Assembly (NCBI GenBank): GCA_001793235.1
Contig: MGHM01000004.1
Coordinates: 34,467 to 98,466 of the forward strand
DNA length: 64,000 bases
Reading direction: 5' to 3'
DNA from: Candidatus Woesebacteria bacterium RIFCSPLOWO2_01_FULL_44_24b
GTDB lineage: Bacteria; Patescibacteriota; Microgenomatia; UBA8517
The notes under the pieces: model-generated
What the model was told of the DNA's origin: nothing
The model's database searches: none
What the model saw: only the letters and a program-made list of their open reading frames with translations
Made by a program: the position numbers and the translations under genes
In this document: positions 31,127 to 40,745 of the stretch, piece after piece
How the letters are laid out: every line of letters starts with the position of its first letter
Numbering within the stretch: position 1 is the first letter of the stretch

Positions 31127-32140
31127 TTAGACCAACTTTTCCTTAAAATAATCCACCCAGGGGATGGCAAGAGGATCTTCCTGGTAAAGCGCGCCAAGAT
31201 ACATTTGGACGTAGCTCCCAAGCTGAATCACTTCGAATACCTGCTTTAATTTATTATCTCCGACCATTTTATATTCGTAAGTGGCGACATTATTTTTTTC
31301 AACAACCTCTTTTGTTAAGGGGTACCTCTTTTGAATTCTCTCATGGTAAAGCCCGGAGCTAAAAAATATAAACAGCAATTTTGAAGTAACGTCATTAGGA
31401 TTCTTCAGACCTTCCATCAAGTGATGATTAAGCTCGGGGATATCAAAGCTAGCAGAAAAACTTTTAGCAGACTCATTAAGCTGGTTTTTAACCACATGTA
31501 CGGCTCCTGTTAGATGCTCGCTGGCAACCAGAATCGGCGTTTTACCGCGAATTATACCGGCCAATTCCTCTGCCTTTGTTTTAAGCTCCCCCTGTTCAAC
31601 TTTCAAAAAATCAACTACTTCAAGAATTTCGTTATCGGTTTCGTTTATCGCTCCGCAATTTGATAGAGCACCAAAAATAGCACCAATTGAGTAGCCTACT
31701 GCAAGCCTTGGCTGATTTGACGGATTAAACTTGGGGTTTAGGATATAAACCGGGAGATTATTTGCTCTAGCTAAATCGATCAATTTCCCGCCGGCTGCAA
31801 TGACAAAAACGGGCAACTTTTTCTCGATTGCCTGGTTTAAACACGATACTGTTTCTTCGGTATTTCCGGAATAACTTGATGCAATTATCAGAGTTTGACT
31901 GTCAACATAACTTGGCAAAGAATAATCGGTCAGCACGTCTATCGAAGCGGAAGATTTATCGGACGCATACGCTTTGACAACCCGCCCGCCCAAGGCGGAA
32001 CCACCCATACCACATACCAAAACTCTTTTGAAATTCTTGAAGGTTACCGGAAGAGTAACTTTTCGTGACTCCTCCCACGCCTCCCAAAGCTGATCCGGCA
32101 AAAAGTTTACTGTATCCAAAACGTCTTTATTCAAATCCAT
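31127..32140 (-). CDS. bifunctional phosphoglucose/phosphomannose isomerase (SIS domain)
   Basis: SIS domain VLVCGMGGSALGG and the archaeal/bacterial PGI-PMI family pattern. Confidence 0.7.
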   Translation of the reverse strand: MDLNKDVLDTVNFLPDQLWEAWEESRKVTLPVTFKNFKRVLVCGMGGSALGGRVVKAYASDKSSASIDVLTDYSLPSYVDSQTLIIASSYSGNTEETVSCLNQAIEKKLPVFVIAAGGKLIDLARANNLPVYILNPKFNPSNQPRLAVGYSIGAIFGALSNCGAINETDNEILEVVDFLKVEQGELKTKAEELAGIIRGKTPILVASEHLTGAVHVVKNQLNESAKSFSASFDIPELNHHLMEGLKNPNDVTSKLLFIFFSSGLYHERIQKRYPLTKEVVEKNNVATYEYKMVGDNKLKQVFEVIQLGSYVQMYLGALYQEDPLAIPWVDYFKEKLV

Positions 32141-33551
32141 GAATATTTACCCCCTGGCTCCAATCTATTTGTTTATATTTTTCCAAGATTCTTTTAACTT
32201 CCACCTTTAGCTTATCGTACTGCTCTTGCGTTCTTCCTTCAAACTTTATAGTTATATATGGTCCGTTCTGGCTTGCACGAATTATAAGCATCTCGTCTTT
32301 TGAGTCCGCACGAAAGCCGTCGATGTCAGTATATTCTGCGTCCGGGAAAAGGGCTTTAACATCCTTCGAAATCTCTTCGTCTATAAGTTTAAATTTAATA
32401 TCGTCTGCCAAACCTAATTTTATTTCAGGACTTGATACATATTTTGGAAGCTCGTCTACTGCCTGCTTCAAAGTTTTGCCAGTTCGCTTTAAATACTGCA
32501 ATAGTCTTAATGTCCCAAAAGCGCCATCATCATGACCATAAAAATTGTCCATAAAAAAGAAATGCCCGGACAATTCACCACCAAATGGTGCTCTTTCTTC
32601 TTTAACTTTGGCTTTAATAAAACTGTGGCCGGTCAGCCACAAAACCGGCTTACCTCCCGCTTCGGTAATTGCATCAGACGCGGTTTTGGAACAAAGTGCA
32701 TTAAAAATAATTAGGCTGCCGGGCAAATAATGGAGGATATCTTTAGCAAACAAAGCCACAAGCACATCATTCCAGATTGGGTTACCCTCACCGTCCACAA
32801 AACCAACTCTGTCTCCGTCTGAGTCATATGCAAGGCCCAAATTGGCTTTTTCTTTTTTTACTCTTTCAGCTAAACGCTCCAAAACATCTTTTTCTGTTGG
32901 GTCTGGGGTTCCCAACGGGAAGGATGGATCTAATTCGGTATTTTGCTCGACTACATCACATCCAGCTTCTCTCAAAATTTCGGGCAAAAATTTACCAGTC
33001 GTGGCATTCAAGGAATCTACCACCACTTTAAGTCCCGAATCATGTATCCTTGCCCTCTTAAACAAATCTGCTTTGTATGCAGGAAACACATCATCCTCGC
33101 GATAATTTCCTTTCACCCCCCAGGTTTTAAATTCTCCTGACTCTACCAACACTTTTAATTCTTGAATTTCTTTGGTAATTAGAGTGTCAGAAAACCCAAC
33201 ACCGAGCTTGAGTCCATTAAATTCCTTCGGATTGTGTGAAGCGGTCACAATTGCTCCACCCTTGGAAAGATAATGGTATTGTGCAAAATACATAATTTGG
33301 GTAAGCGTTAAGCCAATATCTATAACGTCTATTCCTGATTCCAAAAGAGCGCTCACGAATGCCTTTTGGTAGACAGGAGAAGTCTCCCGAATATCCCGGC
33401 CAACTACACACTCCCTAATTTGTCTGCCATATAAAAATGTCGCGTAAGCTTTTCCTATTGTGTAATAAACATCTTCGTTTAATTGCTCACCGACGAGGCC
33501 TCGAATGTCGTAGCCTCGAAATATTGAGGGGTCGATTTTCGGTTCACTCAT
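32127..33551 (-). CDS. phosphomannomutase/phosphoglucomutase (alpha-D-phosphohexomutase)
   Basis: Active-site TASHNP and metal-binding DSDGDR loops. Confidence 0.8.
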   Translation of the reverse strand: MSEPKIDPSIFRGYDIRGLVGEQLNEDVYYTIGKAYATFLYGRQIRECVVGRDIRETSPVYQKAFVSALLESGIDVIDIGLTLTQIMYFAQYHYLSKGGAIVTASHNPKEFNGLKLGVGFSDTLITKEIQELKVLVESGEFKTWGVKGNYREDDVFPAYKADLFKRARIHDSGLKVVVDSLNATTGKFLPEILREAGCDVVEQNTELDPSFPLGTPDPTEKDVLERLAERVKKEKANLGLAYDSDGDRVGFVDGEGNPIWNDVLVALFAKDILHYLPGSLIIFNALCSKTASDAITEAGGKPVLWLTGHSFIKAKVKEERAPFGGELSGHFFFMDNFYGHDDGAFGTLRLLQYLKRTGKTLKQAVDELPKYVSSPEIKLGLADDIKFKLIDEEISKDVKALFPDAEYTDIDGFRADSKDEMLIIRASQNGPYITIKFEGRTQEQYDKLKVEVKRILEKYKQIDWSQGVNIHGFE

Positions 33552-34219
33552 ACCAGTTTTTCGATAATTAACATTTCAAGCATTAATTTTGTGTCCGTGT
33601 CGCTGGTTTTACTTTTATAATCAAGCTCAGCCAGTGAATCAATTGTATCGACAAGTCCAGCTTTTGTAAACTTACGGACTTGGCTTTCAAGTTTTGCCTG
33701 CCTCCAACTTGAGGCACTCATGCCTTTGGCCCCGTTCACTACCCAATACAAATCACGAAGTTGACGGGCTAACATTGCAACCACAAATTCTACAGCCTCT
33801 GTCGCAATCACTTTTTCAAAAAGTACTAAACTTTTTTTACTGTTACCCGGGTAAAAAGAGTCCACAAACTGCCAGACTAGTACAGGCAAATCAAAAGTCT
33901 CATACTTAGCGGTCTTGGGTAGTGCGTTTCTAAATAATGTCGGCACCTTCCCTTCGACAAAAACAAGAAGACTGCCTTCGTATTTGTCTGCGTTTTTAGA
34001 TAACCACTTCAATTCCTCCGATTTTAGTTTCTTAATGCCATCTATCGAGTATAAAATATCAGTTGTGAAAAGGTTTGTGGAAACCAACTGTTCAGGCAGC
34101 GGTTTAGCAACCTGAATGGGAACCACATCCCAATTTTTTTTCTTCACCCCAGCAATTATCTGTGTATATCTGGCACGAGCTCGGGCAGTGTCGTCCCCTT
34201 GTAGTACAACTATCTTCAT
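33548..34219 (-). CDS. holA: DNA polymerase III delta subunit-like (short)
   Basis: 223 aa. A clamp-loader delta-like C-terminal helical domain (KTSDTDTKLMLEMLIIE) is present. The call rests on weak similarity. Confidence 0.45.
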   Translation of the reverse strand: MKIVVLQGDDTARARARYTQIIAGVKKKNWDVVPIQVAKPLPEQLVSTNLFTTDILYSIDGIKKLKSEELKWLSKNADKYEGSLLVFVEGKVPTLFRNALPKTAKYETFDLPVLVWQFVDSFYPGNSKKSLVLFEKVIATEAVEFVVAMLARQLRDLYWVVNGAKGMSASSWRQAKLESQVRKFTKAGLVDTIDSLAELDYKSKTSDTDTKLMLEMLIIEKLV

Positions 34220-34617
34220 TTTTGTTTATAAGCAGCCAGGAAGCTTCTTAATTTATCATGAAAGCTTCCCTTGTGATGCCGGGTGTGGGGAAGTAGTGCG
34301 CCTGAGAAGTTTTTCGGGATATGCGCAAGCTCATGAAAGAGGACTTCAACTTGTTTGTGTTTCGGAAGCGGATCGAATTTTTCAGAGATTACCTCAATAC
34401 AATAGCTTGCAGGTATGCCAAGAGTTTCCTGCCAAATCCTGCCCATGCCCCAGATCCTTGCATATGCCCTTGCAGTCGAATAGGTGGAGCGCACACAATA
34501 AACCTTGTCCAAGTCAATCCAGTTTAAGTCAACGCTTTTAACTAAATTTGTCAATTCTTTCTTTACGTCCTCGGCTTTTTCCCAGGAGACAGGTTTGTAG
34601 GCTCGTCTACGGCGCAT
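34216..34617 (-). CDS. putative zinc metallopeptidase (HExxH, SprT/DUF45-like)
   Basis: 133 aa with FHELAHIP followed by two downstream His residues (HTRHH). Confidence 0.4.
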   Translation of the reverse strand: MRRRRAYKPVSWEKAEDVKKELTNLVKSVDLNWIDLDKVYCVRSTYSTARAYARIWGMGRIWQETLGIPASYCIEVISEKFDPLPKHKQVEVLFHELAHIPKNFSGALLPHTRHHKGSFHDKLRSFLAAYKQK

Positions 34618-35104
34618 GGTACGTCATTTTAACATGGCAATAAGCCACAGCAAGCGCGTCCGCGGCATTGTCAAAGTGAGTTTTCTTTTTGGCTTGACTT
34701 CTTATTGATGCGCCGAAAATTGAGCGCAAAGCTTGCTGCATCTGCTTTTTGTCAGAGCGACCATTGCCGGAAACAACCTTTTTTATAGTTCCCGGTGCGT
34801 ACTCAACTATTGGAAGCTTAAAATCCGCCGCTGCCAAAAACATCACTCCCTGAGCCTGCCCTACGGCTATTGCAGTTTTTGCGTTCGCCGCAAAAAAGAC
34901 TTTCTCAATTGCCATAACATCGGGCTCGCCACTCCGTATAATTTCCCGTACATGGTCATAAATCATACTCAGCCGCTCAGCGTGGGTGAAGCTTTTTTTG
35001 GTCTCAATAAGATCAAACTCAAGAGGTATAAGGCCGCGGCCGTTGGCCTCAAGTAATGAGTAGCCAGTAGTGGCAGTTCCCGGGTCAATTCCAAGGACAA
35101 TCAT
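34607..35104 (-). CDS. ruvC: crossover junction endodeoxyribonuclease RuvC
   Basis: Begins MIVLGIDPGTATTGYSLLE and has the RuvC acidic catalytic residues. Confidence 0.85.
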   Translation of the reverse strand: MIVLGIDPGTATTGYSLLEANGRGLIPLEFDLIETKKSFTHAERLSMIYDHVREIIRSGEPDVMAIEKVFFAANAKTAIAVGQAQGVMFLAAADFKLPIVEYAPGTIKKVVSGNGRSDKKQMQQALRSIFGASIRSQAKKKTHFDNAADALAVAYCHVKMTYHAP

Positions 35105-35146
35105 GCTACATTCATCTTAGATGAAATCCTAAAAGAAGCAAGTTTG

Positions 35147-35476
35147 TTAGTTTTCTTTTATACTCACTTGATTTGTGAAAAGTATCACGTCCCCCTCAAG
35201 CATAATGACTGCATCAACCATATTTTTTGGCCTTTGTCCAAGATGTTTTTCAATAACTCCATAAATTCCAATCTCACGCTTAGACAAATTTCGAACTGAC
35301 TCTTCGTCAGTATACATCCCGCTAACCATATTTTTAACGTGTTGATATGTGTAACCCAATTTTGAAGCCACTTCTTTATTGCTATAGCCATTTATTCTCA
35401 GCTCTAAGATTGCAGCTTGAGTAGAATTGAATGGATTAATTGGAGTTACAGTAAAAAATTTACCTTTTTCTTGCAT
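35147..35476 (-). CDS. small LuxR/GerE-type HTH protein
   Basis: NSTQAAILELRINGYSNKEVASKLGYTYQHVKNMV matches a LuxR-type HTH. Trimmed to the ATG at 35476 to limit overlap with rplS. Confidence 0.4.
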   Translation of the reverse strand: MQEKGKFFTVTPINPFNSTQAAILELRINGYSNKEVASKLGYTYQHVKNMVSGMYTDEESVRNLSKREIGIYGVIEKHLGQRPKNMVDAVIMLEGDVILFTNQVSIKEN

Positions 35477-35921
35477 TTTTAGGGCTTCGTCTTTTATCAG
35501 AAATTCTTTTTGAAGGCTTTTTCTTAGGCTTCTTAGGCTTTGTATCTTTCGCCGATTTTTTTGCCTCTTCATGGCGCCTTGCTCGAGTATAGATTTTTTC
35601 TATTTCGCGCTTACTCTTTTTGCGGATGTAATAAAGCTTTGCTTGCCTGACCCCGCTCTTGCCACGCCTTACAACATCAACTTTTTCAACCAAAGGAGAA
35701 TAAAGCGGGAAAATCTGCTCAATTCCGATGCCAGCTTCACCCACTCTTCGAACTATAAAACTTTTGCCGTTATCTTTACCGCGAATGCCTATTACGGTGC
35801 CTTCAAAAACTTGACTGCGGCTGCCCTTTTCGTCTTGTGACTTGTTTGTCAAAAGAAGATGAACACGCACAACATCTCCAACTCCAAAAGTGGTTTCCTT
35901 ATGTACTGCTTCTATTGCCAT
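35460..35921 (-). CDS. rplS: 50S ribosomal protein L19 with a Lys-rich C-terminal extension
   Basis: Contains the L19 core (FGVGDVVRVHL...GTVIGIRGKDNGKSFIVRRV...GIGIEQIFPLYSP). The roughly 45-aa tail is KKPKKKPSKR-rich. Confidence 0.8.
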   Translation of the reverse strand: MAIEAVHKETTFGVGDVVRVHLLLTNKSQDEKGSRSQVFEGTVIGIRGKDNGKSFIVRRVGEAGIGIEQIFPLYSPLVEKVDVVRRGKSGVRQAKLYYIRKKSKREIEKIYTRARRHEEAKKSAKDTKPKKPKKKPSKRISDKRRSPKNARKR

Positions 35922-35962
35922 GAGGTGTATTATACTCAAAATCCTTCAGCTAAACAACTCGT

Positions 35963-38900
35963 TTATTGCGAAGCAACAAACTTGTTTATTGTGCTAGAGA
36001 GTTTTTCTTCCCAAGCCACACCAAAAGGTACTGCAATTTTGTCTCCCGAGCTGCCTTCAAAAATCAAACTCACATGCTGCTCCCCCGGGTGAGCCTTTAA
36101 AATTGTCTTCAACTTAACCAGCTTTTGGTTATCAACTCCTTTGGGAATAGTAATAAAAAAATTACCGTTACCGTTAAGTGCCGCTTGAGTTTCAACTACA
36201 TCCACCAAAATCGATAATTGCTCATCTCTTTGATCAATTTTCCCTGTTAAAAGAACACCAGAGTATCTTGGCCAAATGTCGCGGGTCACGGCATAAAGCT
36301 TGGGGAAAATTACTACGTCAATGCTACCGGTTTCATCTTTAACTGTAACAAAAGCCATCTCAGCCGCAGACTTGCGGGTTACTACTTTTCTGAACTCCGT
36401 TACTACGCCAGCTATCTTGACCACACCGCCTTCAACCTCCTTAATATCGTCAACTCGATGGGTTCGATAAGTAATAAGCTCGCCCAAAACCTCTTCTATA
36501 GGCCGAGCTGAGAGTGAAAACCCCAAGAGCTCCTTTTCAAAGTTCTGGAGTTCATCTTCAGTAAATTCTTTGGTTCCAGAAATCTGGGCGACTTCAATAG
36601 AGTCTTCAGGCTCCACCTCGTCACCGTCAAAAAGCCCTTGCTGGCCATTGTCTACTCCTGGTTTCACTTTTTCCCTTATTTCCTCCATTACTTCCATGAC
36701 AGAAGCTCGAGGGCCAAAAGGCAACATTGCTCCAACTTTAACAAGGCTCTCGAGAACTTTTTTGTTGACGCGGCGCGAGTCCACCCGGGCAAAAAAGTCC
36801 GCTAAAGACATAAATTTACCATTATCCCGTACTTCAAGAATTGCCTCAATTGCAGCCTTGCCAACGTTTTTAATTGCCGAAAGCCCAAATCGGATTGCTT
36901 TTTTATCCAAAGATTCCTCGTCGCCCACAATTTTAAACCCTACAGCGCTTTCGTTAATGTCCGGCGGCAAGATCTTAATGCCCATTCGTCTGCACTCACT
37001 AATGGCAGAGGTAATTTTATCCGCATCTCCGCTCTCGGCGGTCATCAAAGCAGCCATATACTCAACAGCATAATTCGCCTTCATGTACGCAGTTTGGTAA
37101 GCCACTATTCCGTAACTCGCGGCATGTGCTTTGTTAAAGCCGTAGGCTTGAAAAGGCTCAAAAAGCTTCCAAAGCATTTCGGCAAAATTCTTGGTTTGAC
37201 CATTTGCAACTATCCCCGCTTCAAATTTTTCTTTTTGCGCGGCCATTTCCTCCGGAATTTTCTTTCCAACCGCTTTCCTGAATTTATCCGCTTCTTCCCA
37301 AGAGTAACCGGCCAAATCCAAAGCACAAAAAAGCAAATCGTCCTGGTAAACCAAAAGACCATAAGAGGCCCCCAAAAACTTCTCCATTCTTGGATCTAAA
37401 AATTTAACTTTGGAAGGGTTATGTTTTCGTTCAATATATTCTGGAATGGTTTGCATAGGACCAGGTCGATACAGGGCAACCATGGCCATTAGGTCTTCCA
37501 CTCGCTCCGGCTTCAGCTCTATGAGCCACTTGGTCATTCCGGAGCTGGCAAGCTGAAAGACACCCATAGTTTCACCACGCCCAAGCATTTCATAAGTCTT
37601 TCTATCATCAAGTGGAATATTCCTTAAATCCACTCTTTTGCCATGGACTTCCTCGACTATATCCACACATGAGCCTAAAATTGACAGGTTTCTAATGCCT
37701 AAAACATCAAATTTAATAAGCCCAACATCCTCGCAGGCATGCATTTCATATTGGGTAATAATTTTGTCCCCCTTGGGATCCTTTTGAATCGGTGTGAAAT
37801 CTGTTAACGTTGTAGGGGAAACAACAACACCAGCGGCATGAACAGATACGTGCCTGGCGCTCCCTTCAACTTGGTGCGCCAAGTCAAGAATTTTCTTAGT
37901 ATCAGGGTCTCTTTCATACAATGTTTTAAGCTCCGGGCTTGTGTCCAGGGCTTTAGGCACGTCAATGGGAAAACCTTGTTTCGGCGGAGGAATTAGCTTC
38001 GAAATCCGGTCCCCCACAGCATACTCATATCCTAATACCCGGGCCACATCCCGTGCTGCGGCCCGCGCGAGCATGCGCCCAAAAGTACAAATCTGGGCAA
38101 CCCTGTCATGGCCATATTTTTCACCAATATAATTAATTATTTCATCTCTTCTATTGTCAGAGACATCAAAATCGATGTCGGGTGGGCTTGGCCTGAAAGG
38201 ATTTAAAAAGCGCTCAAAAGGCAAATAATATTTTAATGGGTCAACTGTCGTTATCCCCAAAACATAAGAGACCAAAGAGCCCGCGGCCGAACCTCTGGTG
38301 TTTGTTACAATCCCCTGGGAATTTGCCCAATTGACCATATCCATCATAATTAGAAAATAGGGCGCGTATCCTTTGTCACATATGATTTTAAGCTCATGCT
38401 CAAGGCGCTCTTTTTCTTCTTTACCTGCTTTGCCAAATTTTTCCTTAAGCCTCTCGTGTGCTGTTTTTCTTAAGTATTCATCATCAGCTAAACCTTGAGG
38501 GACTTCATATTTTGGAAAAAACCATTTGCCCAAAGTGCTAATTTCAAGGTTGCATTTATTTGCAATCTTGACTGTATTTTTGATGGCCTCGGGAATGTCG
38601 GGGAAAAGCCCGGCCATTTCTTCAGGAGACTTAACGTAATACTCAGGCGTATCAATAAAGCGGATTCTTTTTGTATCAGCCACATCTTTGCCGGTTGCCA
38701 CACAAACAAGTGCATCCTGGGCATCGGCATCTTCTTTATTCAAATAATGAGCGTCATTGGTGGCAACAACGGCAATTCCAAGTTCCCCCGAAAGTTTCAT
38801 AACTCCTTCGTTTATTTTTTTTTCATAAGCTACCATTTTTTCCTGCTCCTCACGGATTTCAGCAGATATTGAAGTACTAATGTGTTCATGATACTTGTGC

Positions 38901-39433
38901 CTTTGGACCTCAAGGTAATAATCGTCACCAAACACATCCACAAACCACTGGGCCGTTTTTTTTGCGCCATCATAGTCATTCTTAATAAAATGCGAGGCGA
39001 GCTCGCCGGCGGGGCATGCAGAAGTGCAAATTAGGCCTTTGGAGTATTTTGCCAGCGCATCATTACTTATTCTTGGCCTGTAGTAGTAACCTTCCAGATG
39101 CGCAATTGAGGTAATTTTCATCAGATTTTTGTAGCCTTCTTCATTTTTAGCCAAAAGAAGTAAATGAAAATTCTGAAACCTTTCTCCCTTTTCCGGCCGG
39201 ATTTTGTGGTCCTCCCGGCAAGTGTAGGCTTCCATTCCCAGAATGGGTTTAACACCGTCTTTGTGGCACTGCTTATAAAATTCAATCGCTCCATACATTG
39301 CCCCATGGTCGGTAACGGCAACCGTATCCATGCCCATTTCTTTTATACGGGTTGTCAGCTTTTTGGTTTTAGTTAAGCCATCCAAAAGGCTGTATTCGGT
39401 GTGCAAATGAAGATGAACAAACTTACCTGCCAT
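35963..39433 (-). CDS. dnaE: DNA polymerase III subunit alpha
   Basis: PHP domain (HLHLHTEYSLLDG), palm, fingers and OB domains. Total length 1156 aa. Confidence 0.95.
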   Translation of the reverse strand: MAGKFVHLHLHTEYSLLDGLTKTKKLTTRIKEMGMDTVAVTDHGAMYGAIEFYKQCHKDGVKPILGMEAYTCREDHKIRPEKGERFQNFHLLLLAKNEEGYKNLMKITSIAHLEGYYYRPRISNDALAKYSKGLICTSACPAGELASHFIKNDYDGAKKTAQWFVDVFGDDYYLEVQRHKYHEHISTSISAEIREEQEKMVAYEKKINEGVMKLSGELGIAVVATNDAHYLNKEDADAQDALVCVATGKDVADTKRIRFIDTPEYYVKSPEEMAGLFPDIPEAIKNTVKIANKCNLEISTLGKWFFPKYEVPQGLADDEYLRKTAHERLKEKFGKAGKEEKERLEHELKIICDKGYAPYFLIMMDMVNWANSQGIVTNTRGSAAGSLVSYVLGITTVDPLKYYLPFERFLNPFRPSPPDIDFDVSDNRRDEIINYIGEKYGHDRVAQICTFGRMLARAAARDVARVLGYEYAVGDRISKLIPPPKQGFPIDVPKALDTSPELKTLYERDPDTKKILDLAHQVEGSARHVSVHAAGVVVSPTTLTDFTPIQKDPKGDKIITQYEMHACEDVGLIKFDVLGIRNLSILGSCVDIVEEVHGKRVDLRNIPLDDRKTYEMLGRGETMGVFQLASSGMTKWLIELKPERVEDLMAMVALYRPGPMQTIPEYIERKHNPSKVKFLDPRMEKFLGASYGLLVYQDDLLFCALDLAGYSWEEADKFRKAVGKKIPEEMAAQKEKFEAGIVANGQTKNFAEMLWKLFEPFQAYGFNKAHAASYGIVAYQTAYMKANYAVEYMAALMTAESGDADKITSAISECRRMGIKILPPDINESAVGFKIVGDEESLDKKAIRFGLSAIKNVGKAAIEAILEVRDNGKFMSLADFFARVDSRRVNKKVLESLVKVGAMLPFGPRASVMEVMEEIREKVKPGVDNGQQGLFDGDEVEPEDSIEVAQISGTKEFTEDELQNFEKELLGFSLSARPIEEVLGELITYRTHRVDDIKEVEGGVVKIAGVVTEFRKVVTRKSAAEMAFVTVKDETGSIDVVIFPKLYAVTRDIWPRYSGVLLTGKIDQRDEQLSILVDVVETQAALNGNGNFFITIPKGVDNQKLVKLKTILKAHPGEQHVSLIFEGSSGDKIAVPFGVAWEEKLSSTINKFVASQ

Positions 39434-40745
39434 GGATATATGATATCAGGGTTTCCTTAATAAGTTCTATTTTTCCTTTGCCCTTCAACTCTTTTTGGAC
39501 CATACCAATCAAGAAACCCAGGACTTGTTCCTTGCCCGCTTGGTAATCTTTTACCGCCTTGCCATTATCTAAGACAACTTTTTTAATTGCCTCTTCAACA
39601 TCGGCTTGCGAAGCATAGTCTACATTTTGTAACTCCACTAACTTTTTAACTAGACCAGCCGGCTCCGCGAACTTTCCATCGAGGTTTTGATTTACCATTA
39701 CACCCGCTATTTCTTTTTCGGAAATGTTGTACTGTTTTGCCAAAGCAAGGGCAGTCTCAAAATAATCTGCCCGAGCCCTTTCTTGCACCAGCACCTCTAT
39801 GTAGTTGGCAGATAACCCAAGCTTTTGGTATTTACCTCTTTTCTGACTTGGTAGTTCTGGAAATTTAAATTTTAAATTTTTAATTTTTAATTCGCCAATT
39901 CTAATCGGTGGAATATCCGGCTCCGGAAAATATCTATAGTCCTGAGCTTCTTCTTTGCTTCTTTGAGAAAATGTGCGGTCCCTGTCCTCATCATAACCGC
40001 GCGTTTCTTGTTTAATTTTTTTGCCATCCTCCAAGAGCTCAGCTTGCCTTTTGATTTCGGCATCTAACGCTTTAGTCAAATACCTGAAAGAATTGATATT
40101 TTTTAGCTCAACCTTATAGTCTGGTAATTCGTTTACTCTTTTACTCTCTTGCTCTTTTACTCTTAGTGAGATATTTGCCTCAAGTCTCATGGAGCCCTTT
40201 TCCATGTCGGCCGTTGAAATTCCCAGGTACCGGACAGTTAGTTGAATCTCTTTTAAGAATTTAACAACCGCATCTACACTTCTAAAGTCCGGCTCGGTAA
40301 CAAGCTCCACCAGTGGCACACCGCTTCTGTTGAAATCCACCAGTGAAACTTTCTTCCCGTTTAAATTGGTGTGAATCAGCTTTCCAGTATCCTCCTCCAT
40401 ATGGACCCTTTTAATCCGAATACTCTCATACTTACCGTTTATGCAAAACGGCAAATCATACTGACTAATCTGAAAACTCTTTGGCAAATCCGGATAAAAA
40501 TAGTGCTTGCGGTCAAACTTACTAAACTCGGAAACCTCGCAATTCAGGGCCAGGCCAAACCTTATGCAATTTTCAATCGCCAATTTATTGGCCGCGGGAA
40601 GCGCCCCGGGAAGCCCTAAACATACCGGGCACACCTGAGTATTTGGAGAAACACCAAAGTGCTCAGCCGGGCAGCCACAAAACATTTTTGATTTGGTCGA
40701 GAGTTCAATATGGACCTCAAGCCCAATTATTGGTTCAAAGTTCAT
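39423..40745 (-). CDS. gatB: Asp-tRNA(Asn)/Glu-tRNA(Gln) amidotransferase subunit B
   Basis: N-terminal IGLEVHIEL...CGCP signature and a GatB/YqeY C-terminal domain. Confidence 0.9.
   Translation of the reverse strand: MNFEPIIGLEVHIELSTKSKMFCGCPAEHFGVSPNTQVCPVCLGLPGALPAANKLAIENCIRFGLALNCEVSEFSKFDRKHYFYPDLPKSFQISQYDLPFCINGKYESIRIKRVHMEEDTGKLIHTNLNGKKVSLVDFNRSGVPLVELVTEPDFRSVDAVVKFLKEIQLTVRYLGISTADMEKGSMRLEANISLRVKEQESKRVNELPDYKVELKNINSFRYLTKALDAEIKRQAELLEDGKKIKQETRGYDEDRDRTFSQRSKEEAQDYRYFPEPDIPPIRIGELKIKNLKFKFPELPSQKRGKYQKLGLSANYIEVLVQERARADYFETALALAKQYNISEKEIAGVMVNQNLDGKFAEPAGLVKKLVELQNVDYASQADVEEAIKKVVLDNGKAVKDYQAGKEQVLGFLIGMVQKELKGKGKIELIKETLISYIHGR

Noticed and set aside
35147-35572. Full 141-aa track ORF for the LuxR-type protein
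   Set aside because: Its first 32 codons overlap the conserved part of rplS in another frame. It was trimmed to the internal ATG at 35476.
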